64,000 nucleotides of DNA from Octopus bimaculoides (taxonomy: Eukaryota): contig NC_069008.1 of the NCBI RefSeq assembly GCF_001194135.2, positions 9,544,166 to 9,608,165 of the forward strand, written 5' to 3'. The notes beneath the pieces were generated by a model. The model made no database searches. It saw only the letters and a program-made list of their open reading frames with translations, and was not told the DNA's origin. Shown here in pieces: positions 1-12,783 of the stretch. Position numbers and translations under genes: made by a program. Within the stretch, counting starts at the first letter, position 1. Each line of letters starts with the position of its first letter.

Positions 1-83
1 GTTGGCAATGGTGCCAACGCACGAAGCTCTCAGGCCGCGAGTCTCTCTGTTACTTCTGCAAGATATTAATAAAAATATACATA

Positions 84-330
84 CACAGTAATTCCCCCCC
101 CCCCCGCTATATCGCGGTTCACCTATCACGTACTCAGAACATCGCGGTTCACCTATTGCGCACTCTTTACATCGCGGGTTTTTGTGGTAGATATACATAT
201 ACTTATATTGTGGACTCCTCAGTATTTCCGGGTTTCTGCGGCTGATAGGTATTTATGTTGTTTAGATTTTAGCTATTTTGTTTGGGAGGTTTTGAAATTT
301 AACACTCGCAATAGTCGAGTAATTACTGTA
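84..330 (+). mobile_element. pogo/Tigger-like MITE end (non-autonomous DNA transposon fragment)
   Basis: Starts TA-CAGTAATT(C)nGCTATATCGCGGTTCACCTAT, with an internal repeat of ATCGCGGTTCACCTAT. This resembles the CAGTA...ATCGCGG termini of Tigger-type MITEs. The other terminus was not located. Confidence 0.45.
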
Positions 331-779
331 CTCATATTTTGAGATCAAATTTTCAGTTGCATCAACATACTTATATAATAGTCATATTTCTATATTTTAT
401 ATATATATATATAGGATATATAGATGGAGCGGTGAACAGATATAGAGATTTTGTTGCAAAAAAAAAAAAAACGCATTTGAAAGTGAGTTCGTCTAAGTCC
501 CTTACTGATGATAATTTGGACTACATCTCAAGTGGCGCGTCATTTAATGTGTGAAGAAAGCATCAAATGATATTTGTCGTGAGAGGCAAGAGTCGTGTTG
601 GAATACTGGAAACGTGTGGTTTTGATTTTGCCGAATAATCGCATCTTCACTCGGATTTTACATGAACTAAGGCAGCGCGGACTAGCCAAATGATTTCGTG
701 ATACATATGCAAACATCTTCCTTTTTTCTGTGCATGTATATATTATATGTATTGGTAATTGTTCAGTTTACGTTCGTTA

Positions 780-943
780 TATATATATATATATATATAT
801 NNNNNNNNNNNNNNNNNNNNNNNNNNNNNNNNNNNNNNNNNNNNNNNNNNNNNNNNNNNNNNNNNNNNNNNNNNNNNNNNNNNNNNNNNNNNNNNNNNNN
901 NNNNNNNNNNNNNNNNNNNNNNNNNNNNNNNNNNNNNNNNNNN

Positions 944-986
<43 letters not shown>

Positions 987-990
987 CACA
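780..990. repeat. (TA)n and (CA)n microsatellites flanking an assembly gap
   Basis: Dinucleotide runs either side of N801-943. Confidence 0.9.
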
Positions 991-2526
991 AATATACATA
1001 CAGACACTGACGTACTCAAACATATAAATATGTATATACATGCGTAGACACATTTACCCACTTATCTATTTGTACACAACGCACATACATGAAACAGATA
1101 CATACATGTTTATATGTACATAAACCTTAATTCATGCTGTGAACTTCCGATGCAGTCTCTTAGTCGGTGGACGGAATCTTAATGTCTATTTATTTATTTA
1201 TGTATATACACACATAGCTACCTATATATTTACCCTAGCACTACCAACATCCTGAAATAAGTACGTAACATCCTGAAATAAGTACCAATTTGCTCCATAA
1301 TCAACTTTCGTTCCTATCTATCCAACAAACCTTGTATCTCACCATTTAATTCTCTGGTTGCTATATGTTCATTCATTTGTGGCTATTCTTCTAGATATTT
1401 ATCTATCGACCTATCGTCTTTCTATTTATCTCTCTAACAAATAATTCATCTATCCAACGAAGAACTATTTAATTGTCGATTTCACCAGCTCATTTAAATG
1501 TTTATTTATTTATCTGTGTTTCACCATCTCTCTTTCTGTGCATCTGTTTAACTGTCTATTTATTTAGACATTTCTGTCTGTTCAACAATCTGTTCGTCGT
1601 TCGGTTTGTCTTTCCCTCTACCTGTCCACGTATCTCAGATGTCGTCGGTTACAGAGGCGAAAATACTACGAAAATCTATCTATCCATCCATCTATTCGTC
1701 CAGCCGAACAACAAACAGTTTCTACTGCTGAATGTAATCACGTAATGCATCTCACACCCAACAGAGGCTATCAGACCACACTGGCCTGACTCGCACATTT
1801 GCTTAATTCAAACACATTGTCATCTTTCCTTCATCCTTGGCTAAACTTTAACCATCATGGCTGCTGCTTGTGTTAATGTGACTTGTGCGAGCCACTGTTG
1901 TTGCTTTAGCTAAGTCCATTTTTGGCACTCACCCATCTTATCCATACTTACAAATCTCACCTACCGCATTGCACCCCGACGCATCCATCCGAGCTCATAC
2001 CAACGAGGGAACCTCTATCAGGTCTTTGAACTGTTAGAAATAGCAACCACATCGCCTTATGAACTACATTACTTAGTCTTAAAAAAATAAGACAAGGATA
2101 CTTTGGAGAACATAGTCCTAGATACACTATTACTGCAGCTATACTCAACGTACACACGCACACTAGATAAACAAGACAAATATGGAACCTTTACGTACTT
2201 GCCAGACCTGTTGGAAATAGCAACCAGGTCTCCTCAAAAACAACAAATCACATCCTATTCTGTTATCTTAAAAAATAATAGAAATGCCACTATAAAAAGA
2301 ATAACAGATAAAAAGACTAATGTAGTGTTAGAAAACATTTTATCTGAAACAAAAAAAAAAAAGAAAGATGGCCACGTTTGGAACGCTTTTGATCGTTGAT
2401 TTACTTTGATCTGAGCTTGAGCTTTAAATAAACAAGGAAAAGAAAAACCAAAACATTAACTTTCACTATCGTGGCCTGTTTATCGGTTAAACTTAAAGCC
2501 TTGCTTGCCCGCTGGTCCATTTGTCT

Positions 2527-2969
2527 TGACCTGTTAGTAGAAATAACAGTTACATTTTCCCCAAAACACACACTAACAACTTTCACAAAAGAAACCGTTT
2601 ACATTCCATAACGTAGTTTTAGATACTAAAAGACGGTGTGGTCACGACTGGAGCTGGTCTGGTACTAAGCAACATAATCTCCTTCTCCCCACTACCCCAC
2701 ATCACGTTTTATCGCCACCCTCTCGCATCACCTCAAAAGGTACATCACTATCATTCAATTCGCTCCAATTCTGAACTTAATTTCTTTTATTCTTTCACCT
2801 GTAACCCCACATTCGATTCCTTCTTCAGAGATCTCACCACCGCCTCCATCACGAGTCCCACGACCACTACACCGGTCGCACGTCTCTTCATCCAATCCAT
2901 ATCATTTTACCTCTGCGTAAAAGGTATTCTCAACAAAACACATTGGACTCAACCATTTGGACACCCATC
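2527..2969 (+). repeat. ~440 bp direct duplication, copy 1
   Basis: Near-identical to 4043-4480, from TGACCTGTTAGTAGAAATAACAG to GGACACCCATC, with only a few substitutions and small indels. Confidence 0.9.
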
Positions 2970-4042
2970 GTTTGTATGGGAACCACTTCTAAACAAATTA
3001 TCTCAAACGATTTTAAACGAATTATCTCAAAAAAAACAACCCTACCCCGTTTTCTCTCTCCATCGCAGTCATTGCAAGGGCGGGCAAGGGCGGATCAGCA
3101 AAATCAAGTAGATTTGCGACGAATTGAGAAAAAAGAGCCTTTGCTTAAATCTGCGACTTTCGCACATTAGTGTGAAGGAATTATTTCTTTTGCCTTTCAT
3201 TCTTATAGGGGGTGGGGGTGGGGATCAGTGATAATAATGTAAATTACCTGTCAAGTACTGAAAGGTTATAATATTAGTAATAATAAACGCCCTTTTACTC
3301 CCTGACCCCTTCAATAATAATAATAATAATAATAAAACTGGAATTTATGCATTGTGCCTATGGGAAAAACCGGCGTCGACAAAATAAAGTATCAGCAAAT
3401 ATAATTACCGACTGTACACCGACAACTAGCATTTGTATTCCATCTAAGAAGTTATCTTTATTAAGAATTATTGTTATTATAAAAATCGGTATTCTTAATT
3501 TCTCATCCTTCGGTAATTTGCCTTGACAGATTTATATTTTGTTTTACATTTTTGTTCTCGTCCAAATCATTTGGTGCGCTGGATTGTTTGACCAGCAGAC
3601 ATAGCTAACTACGTAGCTCTTGTTGCCTGACCTGACTCTATCTGGAGTGACCTTCTCTCTGTCTTCCTCTGTCTAGCCTAATGTCATTCTTTCGTCGACC
3701 TGTCAAGCAATTTGTACAATACTGTACCTTCTAAAATCGTAACATATACACACATATATATTCCTTCCCTGTCATATATTCTTTTCAAAACACAAAATAC
3801 CTGTTGCGATGTGCTTAGAAAGACTTTTCAAACAAACATGGTACTTTCTTTCACACGTTAGAGTCTAACACACACAAACGCACATATTTGTTTAATCACT
3901 TCTCTTCTGTCTTCTACCTCTGTAACCTCACACTACACCTCGTCGCCTTCAATTCAATTCGCTCATCTCATGCACCCACCCATTCCTCATCTACCTTTTA
4001 CCATTCCAAACCAACAACTGGTGATCCGCTTATGCGGTGACA

Positions 4043-4480
4043 TGACCTGTTAGTAGAAATAACAGTTACATTTTCCCCAAAACACACTCTAACATCCTTC
4101 ACAAAAGAAACCGTTTACATTCCATAACGTAGTTTTAGATACTAAAAGACGGTGTGGTCACGACTGGAGCTGGTCTGGTACTAAGCAACATAATCTCCTT
4201 CCCCCACTACCCCACATCACGTTTTATCGCCACCCTCTCGCATCACCTCAAAAGGTACATCACTATCATTCAATTCTGAACTTAATTTCTTTTATTCCTT
4301 CACCTGTAACCCCACATTCGATTCCTTCTTCAGAGATCTCACCACCGCCTCCATCACGAGTCCCACGACCACTACACCGGTCGCACGTCTCTTCATCCAA
4401 TCCATATCATTTTACCTCTGCGTAAAAGGTATTCTCAACAAAACACATTTGTATTGGACTCAACCATTTGGACACCCATC
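4043..4480 (+). repeat. ~440 bp direct duplication, copy 2
   Basis: Near-identical to 2527-2969. Confidence 0.9.
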
Positions 4481-5938
4481 AAGCATACGCTCAAACAATT
4501 TTGACTTGGAGATAAATGACATCCAACCACAAATTTATAGTCACTATATCCAAATAGGCCTGCACTCGAGTGATATACGGTAAAAAAATAACCAACAAGA
4601 GCAAAAAAGACAATAGTCATATTCTATTCAGTTCATCACGTCACTCTTTCATCCCGTCTTAAGCACTCATTCTTGTTCACCTGTAGCCTAACCATATAGC
4701 TTACTCTTCCCTCACCACCTACCCTCTTCTCATCCACTTTATTCCCCTCCACGTAGACCAAAAACAGCAACACCCTGACCCGACATATACACTACCACAA
4801 ACTTCCGTCTACGTGGTCGCTTAATAAAAATATCACACCCATCGTCTTAATAAAGACATTGCATTATGTAGTCCTAGATTTAGTAAAAAAAAATAGGACC
4901 GTCCTGGCTGGAATGCTTTTAGTGATACGTTTTGTTAATCGGAATTGATTTCCAGTTAAACAACTCTATGTATCATCACTTACGAGTTCATCATATACAC
5001 ACATCAATAGAACCACCCCTCCTTGCGATTTACTGCCGCTATTGCCTTCAGAGCCATCCGTCTGCTCCCATATCTTTTCCTTTTTGCTGACTCCTCTCTG
5101 ATTTTCTCGTTTGAAGGTGTGCAGCTTAGCGCTAAGGTTGAGGTTAGTTAACCGGCGCCCTGCCGCTATCTTCTAGTCCGTCCAATCGACTTCACACCAC
5201 CTTACTCTGTCCGTCTTTTTTCTTCCCCTCTTTTGACATTTATCTATCTATTTACAATCTCAAGAAGTGAAGTTTGTCCCGTGAGCTGGTCAAATATTTC
5301 AAAGCTCTTCTTAAATTAATTCTCCACCTCCTCCAAGCATTCAACAACCGTTACGATCAACAATCACAGACAAGGGGGAACCGAAGAGACCATATGCTGC
5401 TGCTAAAAACTTCAGCTTAAAGAGAGAGGTCTCTTCACGTCGCTTGTCTATATTCCCCTACAACCACCATATATATACATACCACTGGTCTTTGCTGTCA
5501 TCTGCAGCGTGTTCGCCACCACTAGTACAATCTACACTATCATTATAGATACTGTTATCAATATCGCCTCCGCCACTTTCACAAATTATATTATAAAAGC
5601 ACACGCAAAAAGTATCTACATTCGCCGTCACTAACAACCACCCTCTCACTCCTTCAGTCGCCTTCATCGTCACATTAGTCAACACCAACACACCGTGAAC
5701 ATCGTAAATAACAATCGCCGTCACAACGTTTGCCACGTTACCGACCTTTTTCATAACACTACAACAGCAACTAACATTCTCTACTAAATCACTACTGCCA
5801 CCACAGCAATCACAATAAGGCCATCACTACTGCTACTGCTGCTGTCATTACCACAATCGCCAGAGTCAGAAAAGCTTATCCTCTCATACATATCTACACA
5901 TATACATACATTCTCACATTAACTCTTATCCATATCCT

Positions 5939-6064
5939 ATGTCCGCACAGTCGTCGCGTTATAACACTGCGAGGTCAACTTCGTGGTTGGGCGGCGGCGG
6001 CGGCCCTACTGGCTCCGCTGACCTTCTGGACTGTGTCTTCCGCCCCCTGTTGGCCTGCTCCAAG
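5939..6064 (+). promoter_or_regulatory. GC/CpG-rich 5' leader of the MAN2A-like exon 1, with an in-frame upstream ATG
   Basis: CpG-rich stretch (GGCGGCGGCGGC) in AT-rich DNA directly upstream of ATG 6065. ATG 5939 is in frame with no intervening stop. Confidence 0.5.
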
Positions 6065-6190
6065 ATGAAGAAGTATATGGCCCTGTGGGGCTCTCTCTTC
6101 TTTTTCGTCATATGTGTCTCTCTCTATCTGATGATGGAGACCGTCAACATGAACAGCAGAGCCAATGTTAGGCTGGCAGACTTTGACGAG
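6065..6190 (+). CDS. MAN2A1: First coding exon of a Golgi alpha-mannosidase II (type II membrane signal-anchor)
   Basis: Encodes MKKYMALWGSLFFFVICVSLYLMMETVNMNSRANVRLADFDE: short basic tail, hydrophobic anchor ending in the SLYLM motif of vertebrate MAN2A1/MAN2A2 N-termini. Good start context (AAGATGA) and a phase-0 donor GAG|GTGAGT at 6191. The MAN2A1 vs MAN2A2 label is not resolvable. Confidence 0.8.
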
Positions 6191-8250
6191 GTGAGTAATT
6201 TTTTATTTTGTGGTAGTCCCTTGAAGTTTGCCCCAAACATATCGGAAAATCCTTTTTGTTTATGTTTTGATTTGTCAGTTATTTCTTTATTATTGTTATT
6301 ACTAATTTCGCCATTTTATTCAATGTAATCTTACCACACCGCTTTATTTTTGTGTAAGTCCCCATATCTTGGGCCGTTGTCACCGACGGCAGATTTGGAG
6401 ACATTTAATCCTCGCAGTCTCTGGTTCTTTACGTTCTGAGTTCTTGACTGGTACTTTTTTTTTTTATCTACCCCGAATGTTTGGTATGTGAACGTAAAGA
6501 ACCTGCTCGCCGCTTTTATTTTTCTAATAGTTACTGGTAATAGTTTTTAACTGGAGAAATTTGATGCTAGGGTCAGGTATTGCTCCCTCAGTATTTGAAC
6601 GTTGTCGATCCTCGATGAAAAATAATTTTGTTGGAGAGGCGTTGGATCAAGGGAACATAACAAAGACCAGGCTAATACAATGTGTGTGGGTTTAGTTTAT
6701 TCAGAAATCGAATGAAAAATATGTATGTATAATTGATGGACGCAGACAAACACTTCTCTTTTTTTCAACCATTGAAGAAAAAGTGTGTGACTCCATTGTT
6801 GGAGAAGCGCTGCGGCCCTCAATCAAAAGTGGGTTGACTGTGTGGTTTTATATTTTAACCTGTTTGTTGCATCTTTTCCTCTCTCTCTCTCTCGTGTTTA
6901 TTGTACATGCCTACCCATAAAAAAAAGTATTTGGCGAAGTACACGCCTGACTGTTTTTTTTTTAAACAAAGGAGTCCTAAAACTTCTCTATATTCTGGAC
7001 GTATCGTGGCCGAACGGCTGAGAAGTTCGCTTCACAATTATGCGGTTCGATACCTTTGCATATGATATTGGGCAAGTGTCTTTTATCATAGCATCGAGTG
7101 GACTGAAAGTGCGAGAATTACGTTAAAAGTACATGTGTGTCAGTGGAATGTTCGGTTACTTCGGCAGAGTATCACCTTTTTGGATGTGTGTGTGTGTGGA
7201 GGACGATTGGGTGTGATTTGTGGGAAATTTGGTTATTTGGTTGTTAATTTTAGCATGTCTAGCTATCATGTAGAGGTTTCCTCACGCGCACACAAAGTAG
7301 AGTAAATAAATATTGAGGGAGATGTGGTTACTGTTTCTAATAGAATTAATTACCACATCGATTTACACGTATATATGTAATACACAGTGGGTGTGGCTTG
7401 AGGGAGATTTGGTTTCTATTTGTAGCATATCAAGCTATCACATGTAGAGGTCTCGCTTGCTGGCGCCATACACACTCACATATACCTACACAAATGTCTC
7501 CCAAACCTAATCCAGAAAAATGGATATTTCTTTGATGAAATTTTCTGCAAATATCTCTCAGATGGTGTAGATTCCGATATTATCAGAATTTGTTGTGCAA
7601 AAGTTTTTTCGAGGGTGTGGAGAGGAGTTTCGGAAAAGTCACACGTGTTGCTGTTTCCTCATAACTTTCCGACAAATGGATATTTCTTTTAATGAAATTT
7701 TCTATAAATTCTTTTCAGATGATATATTGTATCATTATATCGGAGTTTGATATGTGAAAAAAAAAAAAAAAAAGAAAAAATCTTGATAAGCTCGCACACA
7801 TACACATTGACAGATATCACAAAATAAAACTTGAATTTTCAAAGAAAAAAAATCGTGACGTGTGTCAATATGTATATGTACGAGCCCACCAATGTATTAA
7901 CTTATTAAATTCCTATATAATCGTAATATACACCATCTGAAAGAAATTTAGCTGCTATTTCTAACAGAACTAGCAACCACGTAGACGCTGTCTAGTTTGC
8001 ACGTACGATTGTATTGTTGTTTAACCTTAGGTCAGTGTTGATCGAGTAAAGACATGTGTTCAAAAGCATTTTCAACTGTGATCATCTCGTTTTGGTCAAC
8101 TTTTACCGTCGTTTTTCTCTATGTTCAGGAAACTTAGGATATCGTAATCCAACGTATCGTTTTCTAAGACAAAAATAGGGCGTGATATGAGTAGATTTGG
8201 CTGCTATTTCTAACAGTTCTAATTTAGACGTGTTTCTCCCGCGTTGTCTC

Positions 8251-8284
<34 letters not shown>

Positions 8285-8440
8285 ACACACACAAACATAC
8301 GCGTACATACATAAATAAAATAGTAGGTTGTGTGATCTGAGGGGAGAGCTTTGGCTGTTATTTCTCTCATCTCGTTTGATGTCTTTCCGACCAGTTTTCC
8401 GCACCCTACACAAAACCCCACTATTTATTTCTATTTTTTT

Positions 8441-8625
8441 TCTTGTTTAAGTCATTAGGCTGCAGCCATGTTAGAGCACCGCTTTGAAGAATTTCTGTTG
8501 AATGAATCGACCCCAGTACTTTTCTATCGGTAACTTCTGGCAAACCGCTAATTTACGGGTATGTAAGCGCACCAACACCGATTGTCAAGCGGTGGTGAAC
8601 AAACACAGACACAAAGACGCGATAT
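8441..8625 (-). mobile_element. Octopus OR-type SINE, 3' part
   Basis: Reverse complement of the tail ...GCTTGACAATCGG...GGTGCTCTAACATGGCTGCAG...TGACTTAAACAAG, which recurs at 20215-20430, 32912-33060, 33865-34050 and 37560-37748. Confidence 0.7.
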
Positions 8626-9030
8626 ACCGTGCTTGAGAAGACCCATCAAGCCAAGTGAAATCGTTGTCGTGGCTGATGCTGGTGTTGCGTAACGGGCACC
8701 CTTGCCGCTGGCACATAAAAAGCATCCTTTGAACATTGGGCTTCATGGAGGCAATGGTAAGTGACTGAGACCTTTGGCGATATGCTTGAGAAGACCTGTC
8801 AAGCTAACTAGTTGTGGCAAATGCTGGTGTCACATAACTGACACCTGTGTCAGTGACACGTAAAAAGCACCCATTACAATCTTGGAGTGGTTGGCGTTAG
8901 GAAGAGCATCCAGCTGTAGAAACCTTGCTAAATCAGATTGGAACCTGGTGTAGCTCCCCACCTTACCAGTTTCAGTCAAACCATCTAACTCATGCCAGCA
9001 TGGAAAGCAGATGCTAAATGACGATCATGT
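8626..9030 (+). mobile_element. Ceph-domain SINE with RTE-type 3' tail
   Basis: Contains GGCAC(A/G)TAAAAAGCA units, then TTGGCGTTAGGAAG(A)GCATCCAGCTGTAGAAAC, and a CATGCCAGCATGGAAAG...AAATGACGAT tail. Confidence 0.75.
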
Positions 9031-9226
9031 ATATATATATATATAAAATTCAATTAGAGGTTATGTTAGCCTCATCCAAGGAAATACTAGTTCAATACCT
9101 TTTGGTGGAATTGATTTCCTTAAAATAATAGGTGTGTATATAGAAAACCATGCAGTTTATATTCATATAAAGGAAGAAAAAGAAAATGGAGATTTATTAA
9201 CTTTACAATCACTATTTTTTTTCTTC

Positions 9227-9265
<39 letters not shown>

Positions 9266-9266
<1 letters not shown>

Positions 9267-9300
9267 TAGCAGTAATACCCGTTGTTGATTGGGTAATTAT
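9266..9300 (-). mobile_element. Helitron 3' terminus remnant
   Basis: Minus strand reads CCCAATCAACAACGGG-TATTACTG-CTAG-T, a degenerate hairpin plus CTAG end like the one at 37147-37174. Confidence 0.5.
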
Positions 9301-9348
9301 CGTTACTCTTTCTCGGGAGCCACATTCAAAGTGTTAGTTTATATATCA

Positions 9349-9735
9349 TCATCATCATCATTGTCGTTTAACGTCCGCTTTCCATGCTGACATGAGTTGG
9401 ATGGTTTGACTGAGGACTGGCAAGCCAGAAGGCTGCACCAGGCTCAATCTGATCTGGCAAAGTTTCTACAGCTGGATGCCCTTCCTAACGCCAACCACTC
9501 CGAGATTGTGGTGGGTGCTTTTACGTGCTACCTGCATGAGAGCCAGTCTGGCGGCACTGCAACGACCACACTCAAATGTTGTTTGTCACATGCCACTGGC
9601 ACATGTGCCGGTAAGGCAAAGCTGGCAACAATCATGCTCGAATGGTGCTTTTTCTGTGTCACTGGCACTGGAGCCAATCAATATAGTAATGGCAATTATA
9701 TAATACACAAGGCTTTGGTCGGCATGGAACTGTAA
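9349..9735 (-). mobile_element. Ceph-domain SINE with (GAT)n tail
   Basis: (CAT)n-GTTTAACGTCCGCTTTCCATGCT...CAGCTGGATGCCCTTCCTAACGCCAACCACTC on the + strand, the inverse of 8626-9030. Confidence 0.8.
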
Positions 9736-10184
9736 TGAAAGAGAATTGCCCAACGTGCCACACACTGAGACTGAATCCAAAGCGACATGATTAGAAAGCA
9801 AGCTTCTCAGCCTCACAGCTATAAAGGGGAGATACATTTTGGATATTATACTCCTTATGCAATAATTTTTAACAAAAAGATGGGATGTTTATGGCAAGAA
9901 GACTTTTGATTTTAATATTTACTCAAACAATGCAACAACTAACAATGCTACAGCATACAGAATATTCCAGAATTAGCTATCTGTTTCAATGAAATTTGCA
10001 GGTTAGTTGGAGGTAGGATAGATTAGGTGAAGAGATTATGCTTAGAAATATGAATTTAATATTTAATTAACTTCTCTGTGTATAACTGAAACATCTGCAA
10101 GGAATAATGATCAATTTGTTGCTAATAATAAACTATTATTAACTTCAAAATCTCCATTTTCTTCTTTTTCCTATATATATACAC

Positions 10185-10367
10185 ACACACACACATAACC
10201 AATGGGCTTCTTTCAGTTTCCATCTACTAAATCCATTCACAAAGCTTTGGTTGGCCTGAGGTTATTGTAGAAAACTATTGCTCAAGGTGCCACATAGTAG
10301 GGACCATGTGGTTGGGAAGCAAACTTCTTACCACACAGCCACGCCTGTTCTTGTACAATGTCTATTG
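10185..10367 (-). mobile_element. OR-type tRNA-headed SINE, 5' part
   Basis: Reverse complement of the head GGC(G)TGGCTGTGTGGTAAGAAGTTTGCTTCCCAACCACATGG...GGCACCTTGAGCAA. Confidence 0.7.
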
Positions 10368-10471
10368 TTCTGTACAAAATGCAGACATTGGTGAGCAGAA
10401 AGCATGTCACATCATAAATGTGATGTGATCCTCTCAGTGTAACCACAGTTTGGTGTGTGTATGTGTGTGTA

Positions 10472-11060
10472 TCATCATCATTTTTTAATGTCTGTTGTCC
10501 ATGCAGGCATGGATTAGACAGTTTGACCAGGGCTGGTAAGCTGACGGGCTGCACCAGACTCCAGTCTGATTTGGCATGGTTTCTACAGCTGGATGCCCTT
10601 TCTAACACCAACCACTCCGAGAGTGTAATGGATGCTATTACATGCCACTGGCACGGGTGCCAGCTGCACGACACCAGTATCTACCACGACTACAATTTCA
10701 CTTGGCTTGATAGTTCTTCTTCTCAAGCACAGCCAAAGGTCTCAATCATTTGTCATTGCCTATGTGAAGCCCAACGCTTGAAAGCTGCTTTTTATGTGCC
10801 ACCAGCACAGGTGTGAGTTATGTGACACTGGCATTGGTCACATTGCCTCCATTAGGCATGACACTCAACAGGTGCTTTTTAAGTGCCACCGGCACAAGTG
10901 TCAGTTGCTTCTGTGAGGCCTAATGCTTGAAAGGTGTTTTTTATGTTCCACTGACAGTTATGCGGCACTGACATCAGCCACTTTGCCTCTGTGAGTTCCA
11001 ACACTCAACAGGTGCTTTTTACATACCACTGGCATGGGTGCCAGGTACATGACACTAGCA
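10472..11060 (-). mobile_element. Ceph-domain SINE with an internal tandem array of ~55-70 bp units
   Basis: Ceph-domain tail plus at least 4 degenerate AGGTGCTTTTTA(C/T)GTGCCAC(C/T)GGCAC units. Confidence 0.7.
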
Positions 11061-11084
11061 AGGACAACCCGATTAACTATACGG

Positions 11085-11575
11085 GTGACTACACCATAAT
11101 CCACACCACCAGATATTCTAAGCATCTCAGCAGTTATTCCAGATGGGCCAGGGGCTTGTTCCGTTTGGATCCACACTATGCAAACTCTCCCTCTTCCAAG
11201 AGTTCTCCACATTTAGTAGCCTTTCGGAGTGGCACTTCCAAGCCTTCTTCTTCACAGGGTTACTAACTGCCAGTGAACACATTTCTCTCCTACTACATCA
11301 TAATTTTCTCTGACATACTGTCTTGCAATCCAGAACACTTCAGGCCTTTGGTCCTCATGACACAACATTGATAAACTTCCTCCTCTCTGCTTCTCCCTTG
11401 GCTAAATACACCTGCATTCTAGCCTCCCTCCTAGCTACCTGATATAGTTCCCTGCTACCACGACTCTTCTAGTCCTTCTTCTTTGCTCTAATGGCCTTGT
11501 CTGCAGCATCACTCCACCACTGCATCACCCTAGGTCTAGTTGGGACTTTGCACCAGCTTCAGATTTGCTTTGTGG
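11085..11575 (-). mobile_element. Degenerate RTE LINE fragment
   Basis: Minus frame ...QAPGPSGITAEMLRISGGVDYGVVTRIVNRVV..., homologous to the RTE at 38040-40660. Confidence 0.7.
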
Positions 11576-11744
11576 CTTTCAGCAAGCTATCCTGCAGGAA
11601 TTCCTAATATATATATATATATATAGACAGATAGATATACATATTGTGTTATGAACCAGACTATTGGATGTTGTTAGCCACAATGTGCTTCATATTTTAA
11701 CTTTCAAATGATGCCACCATAATGGCTAGGTAGGCCAACATTCC

Positions 11745-11925
11745 CCCCTTGAAATGGAATCCCAGTCTGTCGCAGGGTTATCCATTTGCAGCTGAGTGTA
11801 CTGGAGCAGTGTGAAATGAAGTGTTTTGCTCAAGAATGCAACACACAGCCAGTGTGGGAATCAAAACTTATGACCTCATGATTGTAAGTGCAACACTGTA
11901 ACCACTAGGTCAAGCACATTCAAAC
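11745..11925 (-). mobile_element. tRNA-derived SINE fragment (V/Meta-like core)
   Basis: CATTTGCAGCTGAGTGTACTGGAGCAGTGTGAAATGAAGTGTTTTGCTCAAGAATGCAACAC, same family as 12296-12625 and 31760-32097. Confidence 0.6.
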
Positions 11926-12295
11926 ACACACACATACACATATGTATACATGAAGTCTTCTTTTAGTTTCCTTCAGAAGGTATTTGGTTAGGCCAGGGCT
12001 ATAGTATAAGACACTCAGGGTGTCACACTGAGACTGAAGCTGAAGCCAGATAGTTGCAAAATGAACTTCTTAAGCACATAGCCAGGCCGGCCATATATTT
12101 TTTTAAAGGAATTTTGCAGAAGTATGTTTTTCAAAGTGTACATGACAATTATATGATTAGAAAGAAATTATATACTTTTTCACTTGCAAAATAAGTCCTT
12201 ACTTTTTTTTTCAATTATTCAATAACCGGCTCATGATCATTATTCAACTAAAAGAAAATCCATGTCATAGTCTTAATATAATTCACTAAGAGTAA

Positions 12296-12625
12296 AGACC
12301 TCTTCCAGTCATGAATGACCATGGAATTGTACCTAGAAAGTTCCCCTCTGAAGTACAAGTCTGGGAAATTTGTTTAAGGAAGACCAACAGTTGCTCATGC
12401 ATACCAGCCTCCCTTCTCCATACCACTGATGTTGTCCAAGGGAAAGACAAAGACCAATACATCTTGGCATCATTGACGTTACAATTTATTTCTACAGCTG
12501 AGTGAACTGGAGCAACATGAAATAGTGTGTATTGCTCAAGAATACAACACAGCCAAGTTTGGGAATTGAACTCACTACCTCATGTTTGTGAGACCGATAC
12601 TCTTACCACTGAGCCATATGCTTTT
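12296..12625 (-). mobile_element. tRNA-derived SINE (V/Meta-like core)
   Basis: Diverged copy of 31760-32097, including the tRNA-like head (...CTCTTACCACTGAGCCATATGC). Confidence 0.75.
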
Positions 12626-12783
12626 ACATATAATTCACTATCACTATGAAATTGGAATGTATGGTTAAAAAATATTCCCTAGTTCATTTTTAGTCTCCAA
12701 ATTGAAATTATTGAAATACAGAGTACTTTTGATTTAGTTGAAGACCAAAACTAACTCAGATTTTAAAAAAATCTTGGCTGTTG

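Noticed and set aside
698-1061. Stacked ORFs with YIYI/THTH/CVCV runs (also at 26431-26844, 27641-28225, 32070-32495, 37056-37585 and 55395-55970)
   Set aside because: They consist of microsatellites plus N runs that contain no stop codons.
2103-3170. ORFs of 75-157 aa upstream of exon 1
   Set aside because: No recognisable domain or splice structure; they overlap the 440-bp duplication and the dispersed motif.
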